NCBI RefSeq assembly: GCF_006345805.1
Contig: NC_043000.1
Coordinates: 160,332,001-160,396,000, forward strand
Reading direction: 5' to 3'
Length of the DNA stretch: 64,000 nt
Source of the DNA: Octopus sinensis
Taxonomy: Eukaryota
Positions 23,961-35,787 of the stretch are shown in pieces. The translations under genes and the position numbers were made by a program. Each line of letters begins with the position of its first letter. Positions within the stretch are counted from its first letter, which is position 1. Under the pieces are notes generated by a model. It was not told the origin of the DNA. It made no database searches and was given only the letters and a program-made list of their open reading frames with translations.

Positions 23961-24782
23961 TGTGTGTATTAGTATGGCACATCATATGTGATGTGACGTG
24001 TAAAGTCATGTGGTGTAGTGAGGAGAAGGGGGGGAGAGAAGGGGAGGGGAAGAAGAGGGGGAGGAGAGGGGGAAGAGCAGAGGATGGGGGAAGAGGGGGA
24101 TGAAGGAGGAAAGAGGGAGGGAGAAAGAGGGAAGAAGGGAAGGGGAGTAGGGGTGAAAGGATGAAGGACTGAAGAAGTAGGGGTCGAGGGAAAGGATAGG
24201 TGAGGAGGGGGTAGAGGGGGGTTAGATGAGGAGGGGGGAGAGTTGAGACCAAATGGCGTATAAGAGCGAAGAGAGAAGATTAATTCATGTTCACGGCGCA
24301 AACGGGAATCCGGATGGCCTCTGTGTAAGGACAAACCGAACACAGATAGGTGTTGCAAGGAGTGACCGGTGGAGCGGAAATGGCGTGAGACCGGTGTGTG
24401 TCGTTCGCAAGGTGGATGTCACGAAGGTGTTCCGCGAACCGGTCAGCCAAGCGGCGTCCCGTTTGTCCGATGTACAAGGCATTGCAGAGAGAGAGAGATG
24501 CAATAGATAATATTGCTGGAGGTGCAGGTGAAGGAGTGGATGATGGGATAGGGTCGATGGTGGGTGCTAGTGAGGCGGGTGGTGTTGGAGAGGTAAGGGC
24601 AAGTGCGGCAACGTGGGCGGGAGCAGGGGAACGAGCCGGGTTGGGTGGTAGGGTCAGGGAAGGAGCTATGGACCAAAAGGTCTCGAAGGTTGTGGGCTCG
24701 TTTGAAAGAGGGGAGGGGTCGGTTAGGGAAGAGGTGTGAAGTGATATATGTATATATATACACATATATATATATATATATA

Positions 24783-25112
24783 TAAATATAAGAGAGTGAC
24801 TACCATGTGGTCTACTCTAGCACTAAAAATAGATCCGCAAGGTTTCAGCCACAAAAGAAATTGTTTCCGTTGAAAGTTAGCACTACTACCAGCGCAAATG
24901 AACAGGGCAAATAAACATAACAAAATGTAGATTAGTTCGAGACAATTCTTTCGCTATTAATAAATTATGTGGTTTTACTTACATAAATTTATCTGTAGCT
25001 CCTCAGCCGTAGTGCTAACTTTGAACGGAAACAATTTCTTTTGTGGCTGAAACCTTGCGGATCTATTTTTAGTGCTAGGGTAGACCACATGGTGGTCACT
25101 CTCTTATATTTA
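24783..25112. mobile_element. Foldback/MITE-like element with 104-bp TIRs
   Basis: Arms 24783-24886 and 25009-25112 are reverse complements with 3 mismatches by manual alignment; the left end abuts a (TA)n tract. Confidence 0.85.
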
Positions 25113-25218
25113 TGTATAAAATGTGTCGTAATCGGGGTTTTTTATGCACTAAGCCACTTGGTGGTAAATGGATGTGCTATTAAATTAGTACCCAATTTTC
25201 TCACCCTTATCGTTTGAT

Positions 25219-25251
<33 letters not shown>

Positions 25252-25300
25252 TTATATATATCATATATATATATACATACATACAAAAGGGAGGAGTAGA

Positions 25301-25338
<38 letters not shown>

Positions 25339-25357
25339 CATATATATTATATACTAG

Positions 25358-25470
25358 TTTCCGCCTGCCAAATCCACTGACAAGGCTTGGTCAGCCCGAG
25401 ACTATAGTGGAAGACATTTGCACATGGTGCCAAGCATGTGGTTGTGAAGTAAGTTTCTTACGACAAGGCC
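25358..25470 (-). mobile_element. SINE family A 5' fragment with internal deletion
   Basis: gtttccgcctgccaaatccactgacaaggcttggtcagcccgagactatagtggaagac..catgtggttgtgaagtaagtttcttac. Confidence 0.7.
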
Positions 25471-26891
25471 CCCACCCCATCCCGAGAGGGAATGCATGTG
25501 TGTGTGTTTGCGTGTGTGCGTATATGTGTGTGCTTGTCTATGTGTGTGTGTGATGGAGAGAGAGAGAGATTAAGGTATGTATATGTAGGCACAGCTGTAT
25601 ATGTAGGCATGCATACATGCCGGTTATACTTCTACACACATACCTACATAAATACATATATACAAACGTACATATATCTTGGTGCCGCGCGGGTTCTGAC
25701 AATCACTCTATCGAGTTGTTCAAAAGATTTGGTAGAAGAATATTAATACGGAGCTGAATTTGTACTTCCGCAATATAAATGTGGAGGATAGCATTAGCGA
25801 TGCTTAAGTTCATTTTTAACAATCTGCAATACTTTTAGCATAACGAGCTAAACAATTAAGGCTACTCATTAAATTTTCCCCATCAAATATAACTTTATCT
25901 TACTAAAAAGACGACTATTTAATATTTAATTCGCAAAAATTTACGCACATGAAATTTCCAAATTCATTACTCATGCACGCTTACACACATAAACAGATAC
26001 ATACATGCGTGTACGTGTGTCTGCATAAAATATAGTCAACTAACATAATGACATTTGTTTCATTCAAGAGAAATTTCCAGTTGTCTCTTTGAAAATTCCT
26101 CTTGCAAGCTATCTATTGAAATCAACTTAATGAATAAATATTTTTATTCTGTATATCCTGCTTTGATTACTTGCGCTTCATTGCTGCAGATTCTGATGAC
26201 GGTAGCGTATACGAATATACGTATCTATGTGCACGCGCGTGTGTGTGTGTGTGTGTGTGTGTGTTTTGTTTTCATTAATCATTCTCCAAATATGTAAATG
26301 CTTTAAATATATTTTTGAAGCTAAAACAATGAAAGTTATATAAATAATTTAGATTGCAGGTTGTTGGTAGGTACTATTACGTGGTATTTCAAGAGTTCAG
26401 GTTTAGAACCTTTTCGTTTTGAAATTTACCGAGAAAAGATGTTGATAGCAAATTTCACAGATATTTGTTTGTGAAATCAGATATCAACATCTATTTTCGC
26501 GGAATGTGAAAATACCAGATAACATGTAAGAACTGTCGGTCAATATCCTTATTTTTTTTTATTGCTCACATTGTTTTGGTATTTTGTTACTCGCATTGTG
26601 TTGGCATTTATATATATATATATATATTTTAATATAATATATATATTCTACACGTGTAGAATGAAATAAAACGATTTCTGTTCAATCTGCGTTCAGCTCC
26701 ATTTCTTCAATTCACCAATAATGTTTTAATTTCAATTATCCGCACCAACGCACGGTTGCAACGCCAGATGGTTGTACCTCCAACCGTGCTGTTTACTGCT
26801 GTGATTTTTGCTACTAAGGTATCGGTTAAACTTTGATTAATCTACTACAAGATTATTCATCTTTCTATTTCACATATATATATATATATAT

Positions 26892-26928
<37 letters not shown>

Positions 26929-27035
26929 GTTATTATGTATGTTTTATATATTGATATATATAAATATGTAGAGAGAGAGAGAAAGAGAGAGACAGAGAGA
27001 GGTACATATATATATATATATATTATATATTATAT

Positions 27036-27077
<42 letters not shown>

Positions 27078-27261
27078 CATTACAAATAGTCAGGGTCGCT
27101 TGTTAGCAACTTTTCAACCGAAAGGCAACTATACGTCACTAAAACTCTTATTCCTAGCAACACTTTTGCTAGATATCGCCCTCAGTCTTTTTTATATACA
27201 TAAATAATGTGTGTGTGTTTGTGTGTGTGTCTGTGTGTGTGTGTGTGTGTGTGTGAAACTA

Positions 27262-27867
27262 TGGGGTGCTGAAGAGTTCCTTGCTTTGAGTAAAATAAAA
27301 TATGAAAGGATCAGTTGATTTTGATTTTATTCAATGTATTCCCTCCTCAGATTCACACACTTCAGTTTTCGGAACTCTGTAAAAGAGCTCAAACGTTTAG
27401 ACCTTCAACCAGACCTTTCTTGATACCCTTAAAGCCAGGAACTGGATCTTTTCGGTTTGAACGGCGGTGTCATATGAAATTGTCACCCATAATTATGACC
27501 CTAGTATCGATCTATTGCATTTCAATCTGTTTTAGAGTTAGGGTTCGGGGTGGGGGGAAGGGTATCTTTTTTTCTTCACAAATGTAAATAAACCCAAAAT
27601 GTTTCTTAGACGAGAGACATATTCATACGGCACAGAAGGATTTTACCTCAATGGACGTAATTGTTTGGTTGAAATTGCAGAAATTGAAGAAAAAGACAAC
27701 AAATATCTTACAAACTATAAAATTTTCTCAATAAAGCCAAGAGAAAAAGATGTTTTATAAACACATTCTACAAGTATACGAAGTTTAAAATGTTTTAGTT
27801 ACCTAGAAATTACGTAAGAAACTGCCGTTCAAACCGAAAAGATCTCCGGAACTTTTCAGCCACCCAC
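27262..27867. mobile_element. mariner-derived MITE interrupted in its right TIR by a second element
   Basis: Left TIR ggggtgctgaagagttccttgcttt; the right TIR is split as aaagccaggaact | insert | ccggaacttttcagccaccc. An uninterrupted relative lies at 32060-32245. Confidence 0.75.
27444..27845. mobile_element. Non-autonomous TIR element with 8-bp TSD (Merlin-like; hAT not excluded)
   Basis: TIRs ggatcttttcggtttgaacggcggt / actgccgttcaaaccgaaaagatct (25 bp, 2 mismatches). Flanks are caggaact (27436-43) and ccggaact (27846-53). A GG terminus with an 8-9 bp TSD is the Merlin signature. Confidence 0.7.
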
Positions 27868-27887
27868 TTTTATATATATATGTATAC

Positions 27888-29148
27888 TTTTATATCTTGG
27901 TGTTGGATATATAATTTAACGAAGTAGGTAGGAAGAAGTATTTACACGACGCACAACTATTATTGTTACACGAGGTTAAACACTCTTTGCCAACGGCTCA
28001 CAGTGAACTGCTTACACAGTTGCTCATAGTTCTTTATTTTATGGCAACGTGTCAGTCCAATACTAGTCCCATGGAGTGTTCGGGATCCTACCACAATATT
28101 TCCCCCTTTTAGATTTAGTCGCCCATTACTTCTCCCGATTGCAAAATTAAACTCCGTCCTTAGATAGATAGATAGATAGATTGATTGATACATACATACA
28201 TACATTCATACATACATTCATACATGCATACATATCTCTTATGTTTAAGTTTCAATTCTTTTCCGTTTTCTGGTGCTAGAACGTGTAGTTTCAAATTGTT
28301 TGGGTTCTATGAGGATTTCATTTCTTGTGACTGTTTTCATCCGTGAATCTTCTTTAAATAATGGTTAACGATTTTCTTTTCGGCATGTTTTTCATTTTAC
28401 CAGGAATAACATTCATTCGATTTGTTTAATAATTACAATAATTACAGCAACAATAACATCAATTAAAATAGCAATCACGTGGTTTCTTCAGCAGAATACA
28501 GTTATTACATTTTTCATGTTCGATAGGGGAAAATCTTTCGTAAAAGTAGTCGTAATTTTTGTCGTCAGACCAATTTTTACATTCTTCTTTGAAGATTTCT
28601 TCGAATCTTCGAAAATATACAGAGAAGATAACCCCTTTTTCTGGATTATGAGTAAGCTCTTCAATTGAGTTTTCTACACTGCATGGCGAGTACGAACCTG
28701 AAGTATTTTCAGACTTCTTCAACATTAAATTCCATCAACTGTTGGTTTTGTTGTTGTTGCTGTTGTAGTTGCTGTGATTGCTGTTGTAATTGCTGTTGTT
28801 GTTGCTGCTGTTGCTGTAGTAACTGAACCACAGAGACCAATAAGTCCTCCATGTCAAACGATTGTTTCTTTGGTTTCCTAACACAGAAAGAAAAAATTCT
28901 AAATGTCCTACGCAAGCTTACAACAACTCGTCGCCACTTTTATATCCTGGTGTTCGATATCTAATTTAACGAAGCAGGGGAAAGAACTATTTACACGACG
29001 CACTACTATTACTGTTACACAAGGTTAAACGCTCTTTGCCAACGGCTCACAGTGAACTGCTTGTCTTCAATTGGTACAGTTCTTTATCTTATAACAATGT
29101 GTCAGTCTAATTTTAGTCACATAGGGTGGATGAAATCCTTCCACAACG
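27888..29148 (-). mobile_element. Internally deleted Gypsy LTR retrotransposon with both LTRs (27888-28098 and 28938-29148), PBS, gag remnant and PPT
   Basis: Two collinear 211-bp direct repeats; PBS TGGCGACGAG at 28927-28936; PPT aaaagggggaaa at 28099-28110. The gag remnant SVENSIEELTHNPEKGVIFSVYFRRFEEIFKEECKNWSDDK..PRDC resembles Gypsy gag. Flanks tatac/catac are a probable 5-bp TSD. Confidence 0.85.
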
Positions 29149-29384
29149 CATACACACATGCCCCCCTCCCCCACACATCTATAAATCTATATATATGTAA
29201 GATCCATGGATCGATGTGTAGGAAGAAATTTAGTTTCGAGCAGTTTAGTAGTTTATTGAGACGGAAGGCTTACAGATATTTTTTTTTCTTTTATGGGAGA
29301 ACACTGCACTGAAAAAAAAGTTCTTTTTATATTACTCGGTAGGCAAAAAGGGTTGCCAAGTGTGCGAAAAGAATGCAATAGTTA

Positions 29385-29588
29385 CGGAATGGAGTGCGTA
29401 AAATCTGGGCTACATATGTTTCATAGCGAGTGTAACATCAGAAGCGGTAAGGTGTTGCCTTTAATCTTATCAAAATATCCTTGGCCTGAAGAGCAGTTGG
29501 CAGTATACATCTCACTTGGATTTTACCACTTCTGAGTTTCCACTAGCTATGAAACATAGGTGGCCCGGATTTCCCATACTCCATACCC
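29385..29588. mobile_element. Small MITE with ~65-bp imperfect TIRs and TA flanks
   Basis: ggagtgcgtaaaatctgggctacatatgtttcatagcgagtg..cagaagcggtaa pairs with ttaccacttctgag..gctatgaaacataggtggcccggatttcccatactcc; TA at 29383-84 and 29589-90. Confidence 0.6.
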
Positions 29589-29626
29589 TAAATCTTGTAT
29601 ATATATATATATTTATATATATATAA

Positions 29627-29751
29627 GCCTCTGACGAGGCCTATGGATATATATATAAGTACCTCAGTTTTAACTGCCTACAACCTCAAGACAATTGACA
29701 TGTATGGGCACAACAAATTACTTTTTCCAAAGGCTGAAACAGCTGTAAGTG
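29627..29751 (+). ncRNA. Hammerhead-like motif with extended stem II and long loop II
   Basis: CTGACGA (29631-37), GGCCT-A-TGGA ... TCCA-A-AGGCT, GAA, ACAGCTGT A. Stem I is weak (only 2 bp pair). Confidence 0.45.
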
Positions 29752-29935
29752 ATTTTAATGATTTTAGTAATTTATATTTTTTTAAATAACTACTTGTATT
29801 CTTATCTTATATGTATTGAATTTTATAATGTATATATCTATGTTATTATAGTTGTCGTTTGATGAATAAATAAGTCAACATTCTAATATCCTAAAGCTGT
29901 TTAACCAACTAATGTGTTTCTCCATTTCTTTATTT

Positions 29936-30005
<70 letters not shown>

Positions 30006-32059
30006 CATTATATATATATACAACTATACACATATATAATCCAAAGACTATACCCTAGTCGTAATCGCCAAAAGTGTGTCACTGATCCAATCGACGTTGT
30101 TGGGTATCAAATACATTTGCTGTATTTCAATACTATTAATCCATCCGAAAAGGGGACAATAGCCTAAGTTTGATGGTTGCAAACAGGCGATCTAATTCTC
30201 TATAAATCCCACGCTGACCAAAATCTATCCTCTACCCTCCCCCCTTCTTTTTCTTTGGCCATTGAATTTTGACTTCGAGGAAGCTATCGTCGCGCTGATT
30301 GTTCCCGATATTTTCTGTCGATCAACCCATCAATTGATGAAATTGAATTATGAACCCTTGCAAATGCATATCTGAAACAGGTGTAAGCCTATAATATCTA
30401 AATAAATGTATATATTCCACTATTTCTATTATATACGCACGCAGGCATATACGCACACACACACACACACACTTACACACTTACACATAAAAACACAGTG
30501 TAGGTTGCTTATCGCAGTAACTGTAATTTTATCAAACTATTACTTTAAGGAAATTTGTCCTAAACTAATGATACAAATTACCCCGTTACTTGTACCAATG
30601 GTCTGAAGTATTCTTTATCTACTTTTCAGGTATATTTGTGCAACTCTACGATAATCTTTAGTGAAAGGAAGATTTGTGCGTTAGTTATGACATCTTGGTA
30701 AAAGTTTTAATGGAAGCGAACGGCATGTTGATACTGGGTAAGGAAATACTGGGGTCTTCAAATGACCGATGTGAATGTAGGGTTGATAAAAGTATATGTA
30801 ACCACATAGAAATTCAAATTGAGTATTGCAAATTATAAAACGAGCAAAACCTTATGACAAAATGTTGCCCGTATCCCATGGTGATAAATATTGGTGGTAT
30901 AACTACACGACTTGAAAGTCGAACATAATATATCTTTTTCCCACTTTTGTGTCTAAGAACTTTAATACAGAATTGTTATAATGTAGCGCTCAGGAGACCA
31001 CACATTACAACATACAACACATGTTTTATCCACCTTTCGTTATTCATTTCATTATTCTTTCATAATGCGTTTGTTATATGTCCGCTATCTTTATGTATGG
31101 CTATCTTTTGTAGTTCCACGCTGATTTACTATTATTCACCTGCATCAAAATACTCTCATTATCTACGACACAATCCAGGTGTTCAAACATGTAATTTCAT
31201 AATTGTATAATTATAGAGTTTTATGTTTTTATAACATAAAGTCATAGGAATTCCATAATATAGCAATTTTATAATTTGAATCGTTTATCTCTTTTTGTGT
31301 ATTACATTTTAATGTTTGTATTTTATATTCTATTATTATTTTAAATTTCTATAATTTTCTAACAATTGTCACATTGTATTTCTAAATGTTATATTTTGTA
31401 TTTTGTATTTCGCTAACCGGCTTACACTTGTGCAATTTATATCTAACATATTGTAACTTATAGATTGTATTTATTATTCCTGTTTGCTATTTCAAATTTT
31501 CTACAACGGAAAGTGTTTTACAATTTACATCTCGTTCTATAGTACTTTTGCATATTCGCATTATGCATATTTCTATTTCTATACTTATGCAAATACATAT
31601 GTCCATGATCTTTTTAATTTGAATTTGCTTTCATTGGTATATAAACAAGTAATTTTAATCCCGTATTATTGTATGTTCGTACCTTTGCATTTCTGCAACT
31701 TTTTAGATCCGTATATTATCATGTTGTAATGCTGAAACTCACTAGCATTAAATTTTCTCTCTTTGATATATACTTTTTACCCATTGCTTCATGATACGAC
31801 CATACCTGTATATATGGACGTATTTAATTATTCAGTTCTATTTCAAAGTTTTTTGCCAATAGAGAAAGGAAAAGAAGAAAAAAAAAACAGTTTCAAAAAC
31901 TCCTTCATTTGAAATTCAACAATTTTTGCATGAATGTGTGTATATGTGCGGTATTTGGTGTCAGTGCATGCGCAGATTTATATGTATTGTATGCCTGCAT
32001 GTATGTGTGTGTGTGTGTGTATATGCATGAATATATGTATGTATGCATGTATGCATGTA

Positions 32060-32245
32060 CGACGGGGTACTGAAAAGTTCCTGGCTTTGAGTAAAAGAAA
32101 ATACAGGAAGATTAGTTATAATTTTATGCAACATATTCTGCTTTCAGATTCACACGCTTAGTGTAGCGGTTCTTCCTTTTTCCTAAGTCCTATAAAAGAA
32201 CTCAGCAGGTTACCCTAAAGTCAGAAACTTTTCAGAACCGCCTCC
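32060..32245. mobile_element. mariner-derived MITE (186 bp)
   Basis: TA-cgacggggtactgaaaagttcctggcttt ... aaagtcagaaacttttcagaaccgcctcc-TA; same family as 27262-27867. Confidence 0.8.
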
Positions 32246-32279
32246 TATATGTGCATGTCTCTATGTATATATGTATATG

Positions 32280-32308
<29 letters not shown>

Positions 32309-32312
<4 letters not shown>

Positions 32313-32429
32313 CAGTCAAAGAGTTTTGGCTATTCTTTCTACTTAAAAGGAGATCCCAGTAAAATAACACCACTTTTATTGGGATCTCCCTTTTAAGTAG
32401 AAAGAATAGCAAAACTCTTTGACTGCTAT
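32309..32429. repeat. 121-bp near-perfect palindrome beside a (TA)n tract
   Basis: atagcagtcaaagagttttggctattctttctacttaaaaggagatcccagtaaaa / ttttattgggatctcccttttaagtagaaagaatagcaaaactctttgactgctat, with a 9-nt loop. Confidence 0.9.
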
Positions 32430-33489
32430 TTCTAAATTCGGTGTGTGGTGAAGCAAATCGTTGCTAAACCCTTAATTACTTAGTTTTACTTAAACCTTCC
32501 TTGAATGGGGTTTTTACATGCCGAAATCTACTTGGTGAAATTGATGATTATTCCAAATTAATTAATTTCACCCTTTATTATTATTATTATTAGTATATAT
32601 ATATATATATATATACGTATGCATTATTTGGATGTTTGTGTGTGCAAGCATGGCAGATACATACTAATGCAGTTGCAAAAATATTACTATGTGGGCGGTG
32701 GTGAAATGCCCGCGAAGTGCCTTGTGATGTCATCGAATTTTGCGAGGGAGGTTTTGTAGACTATGGCCCTCGAGAGGTAGGATCCTTCTAAAGGAAAGCT
32801 GGTAGGTTTTGGGAAATTACAGATTAGGGTTGGAGGAATTTGCAGGTTTGTGTTTTTGCACATACATTTATGTACTTATGCTTATCGTTTCTTTTTTTAC
32901 CCAACGCAACCAAATCTTTCCCTAACTCCACAAAACCTCAATCCAACGACAATGACGCTGTAGCAACCACGTTAGTATACATCTACCATTCTCGCACACA
33001 CAAGCACCAAAAGCGTGAATATATATGTACACTCACACGTACACACCAGATGAAAATGCACGTACATATATATATACTTCCACACAAACACGTCCGCATT
33101 CATACGCACGCATATAAATACAGTAATGTACAAGCACAGGTATGCCAATCGTCCATACGAACACACATCCATACATACAACCTAAAGCCGTACCCGCATA
33201 CACGCGTGTACAGTGTACTAAACCATGCACACACACACACACGAACAAATGATACATACCTAGCTGAGATACACAGCTGACACGTATAACCACATATTCG
33301 CCCAAGCGAATACTCACGTATGGGTCATACGTAATCTCAACCCTACGGACACACACCCTACAAATGATGCACATACACACCAACAAGCTGATGTCATTAG
33401 TTCGCACCCGCATGGCAGCTTACACATAGGAGCATCTCCTCCACACTCTATTCATGAGACACTCAAATCTTCACATTCATACATCTTGT

Positions 33490-33522
<33 letters not shown>

Positions 33523-33559
33523 TATATATAATATATATATATATATAATATATATATAT

Positions 33560-33938
33560 GTATGTGGTGTGTGTGTATGTGTGTGTGTGTGTATGCTCGA
33601 GCGTAAGTCCGTTCAAAAATCGAGCTGTAGCTGTAACGCGGTCCGAGAAATTTTCCTCTTTCATGCATCTGGTGACGCTGGAATGTCGATCTCAGTTGTA
33701 ACAATGCCATGTGATCCTTCTTAACTGATTGTGCCCAGATTTCAGTAGTCATCTTGGACTTTCTGCATCACTCTATTCAGTTTACTGAGCTCGATGAGTT
33801 TGGCTTCTGCAGGAAGCTTACGAAACTTAAATTACGAGTTGTAGAATCAACCTGTTTTTAAAAATACTGTATGTAAAGCCCTGCTGAGTGTGTTGAGTAC
33901 GTCGTTTTAGTCTGTTTACTCATACGTATATACATATG

Positions 33939-34031
<93 letters not shown>

Positions 34032-34770
34032 ACTGTGTTCTCCTTGTCCTGTCTTTTACTGTTTATATTTTGTACTGTCGTTACTGTCCTGTTTTTGTTA
34101 CCATTTTTACCCCTCTGCAAAAAAATCTCAAATTTTATTTAATTTGATTTTCGCGGGAAGGAATGTTTCAGTTGAAGTTGCGTCTCGCCTTCACCTTCGA
34201 AACGCAGAGTAGATGAAACCATGGCGACTGAATAAGGGGAATTTTCCTTATGCTATTTGTCCTGTACTCTATTTTTTCGTTGTTTAGAAAAATGTCCAGT
34301 TCCTTGGTTTTGTGTTCATGTTTTCGTTTCTCATTGTATTCGACGTATTTTTTGGTGTCCTGTACCCATATATGTATGTATAAATACATGTAGATGTAGG
34401 TACGTACATATATGTATGTATGTATGCATATGTTTTATTTATTAATTTGTTATATATATATTCCGGTTGTTTATATTATTTTGCCGTCTCTTTTTCTGCG
34501 TCAAAAGTAATTTATGCAGAAACTATTTGATAGTCATATGTTTTTATAGAAATAAATTCTAATAGTAGACTTCAGTACAGTAGTGTCTAGCTATTGTGTA
34601 GTATGGAGTAGCTAAGTGCACAGTTGTTTCAAAGCAATTCATTCTACTGTTGTGGATGTGGGGATAATTAAATTACTCCGTTATCTTCAAAGATTAATAA
34701 TGTTCTTCCCAGTGGTGTTCTCTCCTTCCAAGTGAAATCGATGGTAATAAGGGTATTGCTGATTTTGGTA

Positions 34771-34827
<57 letters not shown>

Positions 34828-35296
34828 CGGATATTAACACTGTTGATATTAGTGATGCTGGTGATGTTACCGATGCCAATAATAGCAGACCACATAGTGA
34901 TGATGGTGGTGGTGGTGTCGGCGGCGGGATGGGGTGTTTGAGGATGGTGGTTTGATGGTGGTGATGGTGGTGGTGATTGTGGTAGTAATGATGTTGAGTT
35001 TAACTTTACTGATGTTATTAATATGAATGCTGTACAAAGCAGGTTGGCTCTAACCGAATAGTCCTGTAATCAAAGACATTCCAGGCGTGACAGTTCAATG
35101 TAACGTGTTCAATAAATAAATAAATAAATATATATTTCTTTACTACCCACAGGGGCTAAACATAGAGGGGACAAACAAGGACAGAGAAAGGGATTAAGTC
35201 GATTACATCGACACCAGTGCGAAACTGGTGCTTTATTTATCGACCCCGAAAGGATAAAAGGCATATATATATATATATATTATATATATATATATA

Positions 35297-35328
<32 letters not shown>

Positions 35329-35693
35329 GTATGTGTGTGTGTGTGTATGCTCGAGCGTAAGTCCGTTCAAAAATCGAGCTGTAGCTGTAACGCGGTCCGA
35401 GAAATTTTCCTCTTTCATGCATCTGGTGACGCTGGAATGTCGATCTCAGTTGTAACAATGCCATGTGATCCTTCTTAACTGATTGTGGCCCAGATTTCAG
35501 TAGTCATCTTGGACTTTCTGCATCACTCTATTCAGTTTACTGAGCTCGATGAGTTTGGCTTCTGCAGGAAGCTTACGAAACTTAAATTACGAGTTGTAGA
35601 ATCAACCTGTTTTTAAAAATACTGTATGTAAAGCCCTGCTGAGTGTGTTGAGTACGTCGTTTTAGTCTGTTTACTCATACGTATATACATATG

Positions 35694-35787
<94 letters not shown>

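Larger units (their letters stand above)
23338..24745 (-). mobile_element. Penelope-like element family 1, 3' fragment (GIY-YIG with a frameshift, tandem-repeat and purine-rich 3' region, pLTR)
   Basis: RAHNLRDLLVHS..FPCSRPRCRTCPYL..FTCTSSNIIYCI / LCNALYIGQTGRRLADRFAEHLRDI / QHLSVFGL..RLRREHELIFSLRSYTPFGLN. Confidence 0.9.

Noticed and set aside
28709-28915. Poly-Q ORF as a host gene
   Set aside because: It lies just after the PBS inside the Gypsy element and continues, frameshifted, into gag-like sequence.
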